The translations under genes and the position numbers were made by a program. The notes below the pieces were generated by a model, which was not told where the DNA came from, ran no database searches, and saw only the letters and a list, made by a program, of their open reading frames with translations. A stretch of 61,334 nucleotides of DNA, the filler included, from Sphacelaria rigidula (Eukaryota): the NCBI GenBank assembly GCA_964200075.2. It is 7 parts of 7 records of this genome, joined end to end, with 100 filler letters (N's around TTAATTAATTAA, not from the genome) between each part and the next. Parts side by side here need not be neighbours in the genome. Positions count along the whole stretch, not along the records: positions 52,660 to 61,334 come from CAXNAA020010419.1; 6 more parts are not named here. One strand, written 5' to 3'. This document shows positions 60,901 to 61,334 of this stretch, piece by piece (within the stretch, counting starts at the first letter, position 1; the number at the start of each line of letters is the position of its first letter).

Positions 60901-61334
60901 CGTCAGATGCGTGGCTTGTGTTGTCTCACACACAAACCGCTCGACTCTGCTGCGATGAGGACTGGACCTCGATAGGGCACGGATGATAACAGGGGGCAGG
61001 AAATGGCAGTGTGTGGGTCGGAGAACAACACAACGAGCGGGATGAGCCACATGCATGCCGGGGAGTGAAAACAATTGCTCAACGGTTTGGTTGACGGGTC
61101 ACGTCGGAGATAGTTCTTGTTCTGCTCCTAACCATCACCAATACCTCGCCACCCAGAAGCCAGTACCACCCTCGCCAGCTGATACGCTCTTGCGAATCAC
61201 ACTACTTTACTGACGCGAGGAGGTTTGGAGTCGATTGGTGCCCTAGGGCTCGAGTAAGGAGGTGGTGTCGTAGGCTGCTGTTGTGTTGGGCGGACGCTCA
61301 TGCAATCAACACAGCACCCATATCTCAAGGCCTG

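Noticed and set aside
59900..61100. Possible hAT transposase remnant (CANH, TRW) on the minus strand
   Set aside because: The motifs are in different frames with atypical spacing; evidence is too weak.

Overview
Repeat-dense eukaryotic nuclear DNA, most likely from a stramenopile such as a brown alga (inferred from intron style and gene content; not proven). The window is not one locus. It is seven unplaced contigs sorted by length (8677, 8677, 8677, 8676, 8676, 8676, 8675 bp), joined by identical 100-bp artificial linkers (N44-TTAATTAATTAA-N44), so adjacency across linkers means nothing. Two host genes are clear, both cut by contig ends. RPA1 (replication protein A 70 kDa) has 5 minus-strand exons at 35450-42150 and a long Gly-rich linker with repeated NPYG motifs. 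A phosphoserine aminotransferase of the Methanosarcina/alphaproteobacterial SerC type has 5 plus-strand exons at 53285-57980, with all visible introns in phase 0. The rest is mostly transposon debris: a decayed RTE-type LINE reverse transcriptase, a tRNA-derived SINE family, an internally deleted hAT with a BED-finger remnant, PIF/Harbinger, mariner-like and Sola2-like MITEs, a spacerless 441-bp foldback, short elements carrying telomere-like hexamers, and a ~4-kb decayed transposase-like gene with P/THAP9-like motifs and a Cys-rich C-terminus. I found no intact novel multi-gene system. The most promising unexplained items are the P-like transposase relic, the telomere-like-repeat elements and the GAG-ended MITEs with 4-bp target-site duplications (TSDs).
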